DNA of 64,000 bases from Octopus vulgaris. Its lineage: Eukaryota. The notes beneath the pieces were generated by a model, which was not told where the DNA came from, did no database searches, and worked only from the letters and a program-made list of their open reading frames with translations. The stretch spans positions 65,906,001-65,970,000 of the forward strand of contig OX597815.1 in NCBI GenBank assembly GCA_951406725.2, in the 5' to 3' direction. Every line of letters begins with the position of its first letter. Positions within the stretch are counted from its first letter, which is position 1. The position numbers were made by a program, and so were the translations under genes. Below are positions 54,780 to 64,000 of the stretch, in pieces.

Positions 54780-55560
54780 CATCATCTAATATGTATCCCT
54801 CCTACTTTTAAGACGATAAAGAGTGGTTTGGGGTGTATTCGGCTATTATTTTTGGCAGGTTTAGCGACCATGTTGAAGTCCCTCGCTGTATTTAATGAAC
54901 AAGTGGATATAAATTTAGTTGATGTGAATTGTGAACGGCGTGCATTCACTAGAGATAAAAACATGTTTGAATGGACATCGCAGGTTACCCGATTGCTATA
55001 GATCAAAGAATTAGGTAACAAGACGGGAAAATGAAACAAAATAAAATTAACATAGAAGAAAGGTAAAACAATCAGACCAGGATTAATACTTCAAACTATA
55101 GAAATCTCTGCCCTGGGATTAATAGAAACGATACCTCTGCAATTAAGTACATGCATATCAACACCAGGAATTTTTGTGGAACTTTCCTATCAAAATTATT
55201 AGGGGCAGAAATTAAGGGTTTTGTACAGTTACCGAGTTTAGTTGCTCTGCAGATGTGAATATCGCTTCCAAATTCAGCAAGAATTATCCAAACTCCAATG
55301 ATAGCATTGGACAGTTGCTTTCAAATCTGCAACTCTTCTAACCCGATTGAAAATTGACATTTCTACCAGTAATCATTGGTGCACTTGGTTATATTAATAA
55401 ATATCTAAGCCATAATCTGGAAAAGCGAGGATTTTCAAGAAAGAAAAAGAGCTGCCAATACAAACCGATGCAACCTATAAGTGAAACAGTAAAAATAAGC
55501 AAGACTGTCTTAAAGTTTAATATGTAACAATCACTGTTGTTATCCAAACTACAATGATAG
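54780..55560 (+). mobile_element. R4/Dong-like 3' fragment
   Basis: LPVIIGALGY...ISETVKISKTVLKF; similar to the 12270 and 15470 fragments. Confidence 0.6.
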
Positions 55561-55617
55561 CATTTTTGTTTATTTGTCAGAAACCAGATTCTACATTCTA
55601 CGAAGGATATTAACATA

Positions 55618-55849
55618 TAGGTGTAGATGTGGCTCTGTGGTAAGCAGCTTGCTTCCCAGCCAGATAGTTCGGGGTTCAGAACTACTGCATGGCACCTTGG
55701 CCACGACTATAGCCTCGAGCCGACCAAAGCCTTGTAAGTAGATTTTTGGCAGACAGAAACTGAATGAAGCCCGATACCTGCTTGTTCATACACCTGTGTT
55801 CGTCTTTTGTTTTTCTACCAATATCAACTATATGTATATATATATATAC

Positions 55850-55895
<46 letters not shown>

Positions 55896-56062
55896 TCCAT
55901 ACATCCATACATACGTATGTATGTATATATCTATGTGTGTATGTTTTTTTATGTCAATGTTTAAACCCTACGACCGCTTGTTGGCGTGTTTACGCCCCCA
56001 TAATCAAGCCCCTGCCCCAGCATGACCATAGTCAAATGACTGAAACAAGTTACAGATAAAAG
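55618..56062 (+). mobile_element. SINE A, decayed
   Basis: Head and tail motifs. Confidence 0.7.
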
Positions 56063-57644
56063 ATGCATAAAATGTAATACATATCATACATATATACGTG
56101 CATACATACATATACACAAACATAACGAGAAGGTTGGTGCTTGGGTGTCTTTTGATTATATGCATGCATGATCAAGGCTGACCTGTGGTTAAACAACAAC
56201 AGCAACAACGCAAACTGTAATTTTCTTTCGTATCATGACTAACAGAAAAATAAATCAACAAACACTAAAATACTTGAAAAAAAAAAGATATTTTAATAAT
56301 CATTAATCACAGCTATTGTCGTATTAATCTCTTTTCCAGAGAAGTGTTTACAGCGCAGAAACAAACGAACAATAGCAACAACGACAGCAGCAGCAGCAGC
56401 GGTGAGGACATTTTCATCTACATCCTTCGCTCTTGATGGGTTTTTATTGTTATTTATGATTGTCACCAGTTTATGCAGTTATTATCATTATAGTCGTCGT
56501 CGCCGCCATCATCATCATTCCTGCATTTTCCCCATCGTATACGTATATATAAGTGTACGTTGTGTGTGTGTGTGTGTGTGTGTGTGTGGATTGTGGGTGT
56601 ATACATATATATATCGTCATACATACTTACTCATATACATATACAGCATAGCCGCAGTCAAATGACTGACACAAATAAGAGAATAAAAGAATATATATGT
56701 CTATAAATATATGTATGCAAATATATATTAATGTATATGTATGTATTTATAGAGGGATAGATGACATAGAAAAATAAAATACACACGCATACATAGATTT
56801 ATATGTACATGTACACACGCCTATACTTATATGTACACACACACATATATATATATACATATGTGTGTGTATATATGGATAAATATCATTATGTAAGTAT
56901 GTATGTAGATATATATATGTATATATATATACATGTCTCTATATGCATACATATTTATACACACACACATATCGATAGCAGGATTATATCCACTATGACA
57001 ACATGGAAATCGAGATAACCCCAGCCCCACCACAATCCGCCCACCTGTATACAAACCAGGATCACCAAATTCATTATAAGCACACCACCACCATAACCCC
57101 GTCACCATTATCGTTATCTTCATCAGCAGCAGCAGCAGTGGCAACACCAATGCTAAGCACCATTAACAACTCCACCCACACGAATTATCAAATATAGATC
57201 TCAAAGGTCCACGTACGCATCCAAACATCATTCATAAACTGCAAACTCTGATTATTTCCCTTTACAGAGGAAACTAGTTTCCGACAGAAACGTTCTGTAT
57301 AAAAGGGGTGTCTCAATGATGCTAGGCAATATATATACATATATATACAAATATATATATATATATATATATACGTTTGTTTCTCTGTGTGTGTGTGTGT
57401 GTGTGTGTATGTGTGTATGTGTCTGTATTTCACTGCTGTTTGAGTTTGTGGCATCATCCATGTTGGTTTTACTTTCGACATCTATCGCTTTCACCAGGTG
57501 TCACTTACTTCCGACAGTGAGGTTTATTGCTCCACTATCAATAGCTAAATAAAAAGACCATGCGCGCGCACAAACTCGAACGCACGTACATACGCACATG
57601 CACAAACGCACAGACTCAAGCACACAAACACATAAATACATGAG

Positions 57645-60348
<2,704 letters not shown>

Positions 60349-60361
60349 ACGTATATATATA

Positions 60362-61182
60362 TACTCTCCTCCCCACTTCATCTAACCTCCTCCCCTCGCC
60401 TCTCTCCCCCTCACACATACATCCTCCCACCCACCTCTCCTCTTTTGCTCCGACTCCTTCTTCTCTTCATTCCCACTCTCCTTCTCTCTTCTCTTCACTC
60501 TACCCACCTTTTCCTCCCTCCCTTCATCGTCACCCCTCCCTCGTAAACCCACCCCACCCCTACACATTCCAACCCCACCTTCCGTATCCATCCCCATCCC
60601 ACTCCTTACACCCACTCCCGCATACCCCCAACTTTACGCCTACACCCCCCCCCCACTTCTACCCCCACCCTCAGCCTAACCAACACCCATCTTTGTTTTC
60701 GCCACTCCCGCCTCCCCCACCTCCCATCACCATCACACCACACTACACACCACTACACCTTACACCACCATACCACACAACACACCGCCACTAACACATC
60801 AGCACTGACCACTTCCCAGACCCATATTTTCACACCTACACATACACACAAGCACACGTCAAGATCACCAGCCCTCTTCCACACGCACAAACAAACTCCC
60901 TTATACACACGCACGCGCACCTTCGTTTTCGGCTCATCACTACTTTGTTATCTCCCCTTCTCCCTAACTCTCTTGTGTGACCCTTCTGTCCGGCCTTCAC
61001 CATGATAGATCGCTAGCCACTACACATTCTTTATTGTCTCTCCTTGTTTCTTTCGGTGTTCTTTTCTGTGCATTAGCGTATGCTCGAAACGTTAAAGCCT
61101 TTCACACTTCCCGGGCGTTATACTAATACATCTGTTGTCTACACCACCTGTATTCGTCTTTGTGTTTTTTTTGTGAATTCTA

Positions 61183-61186
<4 letters not shown>
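60362..61186 (+). mobile_element. PLE-type 3' terminus in the opposite orientation, with a degenerate hammerhead at 61061-61097
   Basis: C-rich tract, then ctttt-ctgtgcat-t-agc-gtat-gct-c-GAAACGTT-aaag; flanked by (TA)n. Confidence 0.55.
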
Positions 61187-61222
<36 letters not shown>

Positions 61223-61344
61223 TAAAACGCCCCCCATCCAATGGACGGTGCTATGTTGTCAAACATTTAAACCAAATTTTCTAAAAACAACTTGTTCGAC
61301 CGTCCCATAGTCCTCCCCATTGAGAAACACTGATTTAACCTAAA

Positions 61345-61600
61345 TTTGAGACACCGTGCATTTTTCTCGCGTATGCGCAGTATAGATCGCAACAGCTGAT
61401 GTACTTGCGCGTACAAATGCACGTTCCCACGACTTTATCGATTGCATTCTCACCTGGAATCGATTTTTGTAATTTTTTCAAGACTTATACACGCCCTGAT
61501 ACCGTCGGTATCTACACATCAAATTTGAGCGCAATCGGATGGAGGATGCCCGAGATCCTAGAAGTCACACACACAGACAGAACGGATTTTATATAAGATA
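61345..61600 (+). mobile_element. Helitron-like (HINE/Lep1-type) 3' end
   Basis: aaatttgagcgcaatcggatg...cacacacagacagaac...ttttatataagat. Confidence 0.5.
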
Positions 61601-61610
61601 TGTGTGTGTT

Positions 61611-61664
<54 letters not shown>

Positions 61665-62115
61665 ATGTATGTATGTATGTATTTAAGTATGTATGTATGT
61701 ATGTATTATTTGATAGACACAATACATGTTTTAAAAGCTACTAATAGTTTCATGTGTTAAGAAAAACTTCAAACATATTCGTTAGGCACAAACCCTAAAA
61801 ATAATATAGAAGAAACGCGAAAAGTTGGGAAGGTTAAAAAACGCAGAAGGAAAATGAAAAACGGAAAACGAAGAAGTACATTATATACATACATAACATA
61901 ATACACACATACATACATACATACATACATACATACATACATACATGCACATACATACATACATACATACATACATAAATACATACATACATACATACAT
62001 ATATACATACATTCATACATATATACATACATACAAGCACACACATATATCATTTAATACAAACAATTACAAAAGAGCCACTAATAGTTTCATGCTTTTA
62101 ATATACATCAAATTG

Positions 62116-62495
62116 AAGGCGGCGAGCTGGCAGAACGAAATGCGTAGCCGTATTTCGTCTGCCGTTACGTTCTGAGTTCAAATTCCGCCGAGGTCAACTT
62201 TGCCTTTCATCCTTTCGGGGTCGATAAATTAAGTACCAGTTACGCTCTGGGGTTGATGTAATCGACTTAATCCATTTGTCTGTCCTTGTTTGTCCCTCTG
62301 TGTTTAGCCCCTTGTGGGTAGTAAAGAAATAGGTATTTCGTCTGTCTTTACGTTATGAATTCAAATTCCACTGAGGTCGACTTTGCCTTTCATCCTTTCG
62401 GGATCGATAAATTAAGTACCAGTTGCGTACTGGGGTCGATGTAATCGACTGGCCCCTCCCCAAAAATTTCGGGCCTTGTGCCTAGAGCAGAAAAG
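62116..62495 (+). mobile_element. SINE family D, dimeric, with about 16-bp TSD
   Basis: Two units of gtc(a/g)actttgcctttcatcctttcggg..cgataaattaagtacca; TSD aatatacatcaaattg / aatatacattaaactg. Confidence 0.85.
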
Positions 62496-62511
62496 AATAT
62501 ACATTAAACTG

Positions 62512-63110
62512 GCAGATTTATATAACATGCCATGTGTCTCTCAGCAATCTTTCAGGTTCAGTTTATAACGTTAGATGTATTTAAAGACCAGGGCGAGAAA
62601 AAGAAAATGAGAAGAAAAACAAGCGTGAAGAAGGTTAATGCAAAAAGTGGAACGAGAAGAAGGAAAAATGAAGTAAGAAAACCAAGATAGTCCTCTTCTT
62701 TAACTACAGAAACCATCATTAATGTAAGACAAGTAGGCCAAAGTCTGTGAGATAACTACTCAATCCGAAGCGGATGGCGTCCTCCAGGTCCACAAAAGAA
62801 GTCTGTCCTTGTGCTTGTATGTGGTAAACATTTCGGATCTGGAAATAAGTAGTGTGGTGGAATTCTTGGGCCTAAATGGAATGTGCGACCATTCAGCTTC
62901 ACCTAGCTTGCATCTCTTTGATCCATTTATATATGATTTAGATTTCTCCCCGATTCCCCACTTGATTGTATGTGGTGTGCATTTGGTCTTCAGAATTTAT
63001 ACATGGCTAGCCAACGTAGTGGCCTAACTTTTGTCAATGTGTCGGAAAGAAGGATGGTGGTTTGCATAACGGCTTTTAAAATTACCTTTACATCAACCAT
63101 CTTCAGGTAC
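62512..63110 (-). mobile_element. PLE 3' end with Naiad-type GIY-YIG endonuclease remnant
   Basis: FKSRYANHHPSFRH...TTLASHV*ILK...IKWGI.EK..SY.NGSKRCKL..AE...LL.SRSEM...KHKDRLLL. Confidence 0.75.
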
Positions 63111-63432
63111 TATCTTTTTATTTTTCCTTCTTGTTCTTTTCTTTTCGATTTTTTCTTCTCATTATTTCTTTCACTTTGTTTTTTTATTGTTTTTTTTTTC
63201 TCATGTTTTCTCATAGTCTGGCGTACTGGCAGCGGCGGCGGTGAGAATGGACTAGATGCATGAGAATGCACGGGTATGGAAAACATCGCTGAGGGGGTCA
63301 CAGATGTTTGACGAAAGACTGCCAGGCAATAGAAATACGATAAAATGAGAACAATAATAAATGAGTGAAGAACTAATATATAGTGCGTGTGTTTATTTGG
63401 CAAGAAACAAAAATGACCGTCCCGAACACACA

Positions 63433-63491
<59 letters not shown>

Positions 63492-64000
63492 ACACAACAT
63501 ATTACAGAACCTCTGGACTCATTTTATCAGAAGTTACAAAATCTTCACTTCTTTGAACGTCAGTTTTTAATATATGCCAGCATTTTCTGACATTCCTGGA
63601 AAATAGCTAGGCCCGCGTTGAATGTACCCCCATCAATCTTTTCATGGGTCCTGCTAATAATAATTACGGGCAAATAGGCTTAGAAACTTAATTTTACGGG
63701 CGAATTGACTTATAAGCAATGTCATTGACAAATATATGGAATGAAACTAGCCGCCATTTTTATAAAGACGACAGGGTGGCTTAAGATGTTTGCAAACCTA
63801 CCGTATCGATACTGCAATAGCTGTGTTTCTAAACAACAAAACTACATTCCGTACTGTCACTGAGATGACTCTAATAATGTCTTCTTTATCGGATGGACTA
63901 TTACTCTTAGTTATAAATAATTTAATCATCCGTTCTTATTCGCATTTGTTGACTGAAGCGAAACATCTCCAGAATTCCATTTAGCGCCAAATTGTCGAAC

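Overview
AT-rich, microsatellite-saturated eukaryotic DNA with no convincing host protein-coding gene. The repeat types suggest an octopus-like cephalopod genome (inference). Nearly all ORFs in the track are translations of simple repeats. The real coding signal is decayed transposons: Tc1/mariner (DD37D maT-like, mariner, DD34E Tc1), hAT and Helitron-like non-autonomous elements, CR1-group LINE RTs, R4/Dong-like retrotransposons with a restriction-like endonuclease, Penelope-like elements (PLEs) of at least two types, and four tRNA-derived SINE families. The striking feature is a high density of hammerhead ribozyme (HHR) motifs in PLE-derived termini. Several are ordinary minimal type I motifs. 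One family has its three core strands in reversed order (NUH-stem I, then GAAA, then CUGANGA), with compensatory base changes between copies. Its geometry suggests it can only assemble in trans or as a dimer. A degenerate HDV-like ribozyme candidate sits in the R4-like 5' leader. All structures were derived by eye and need computational and biochemical testing.
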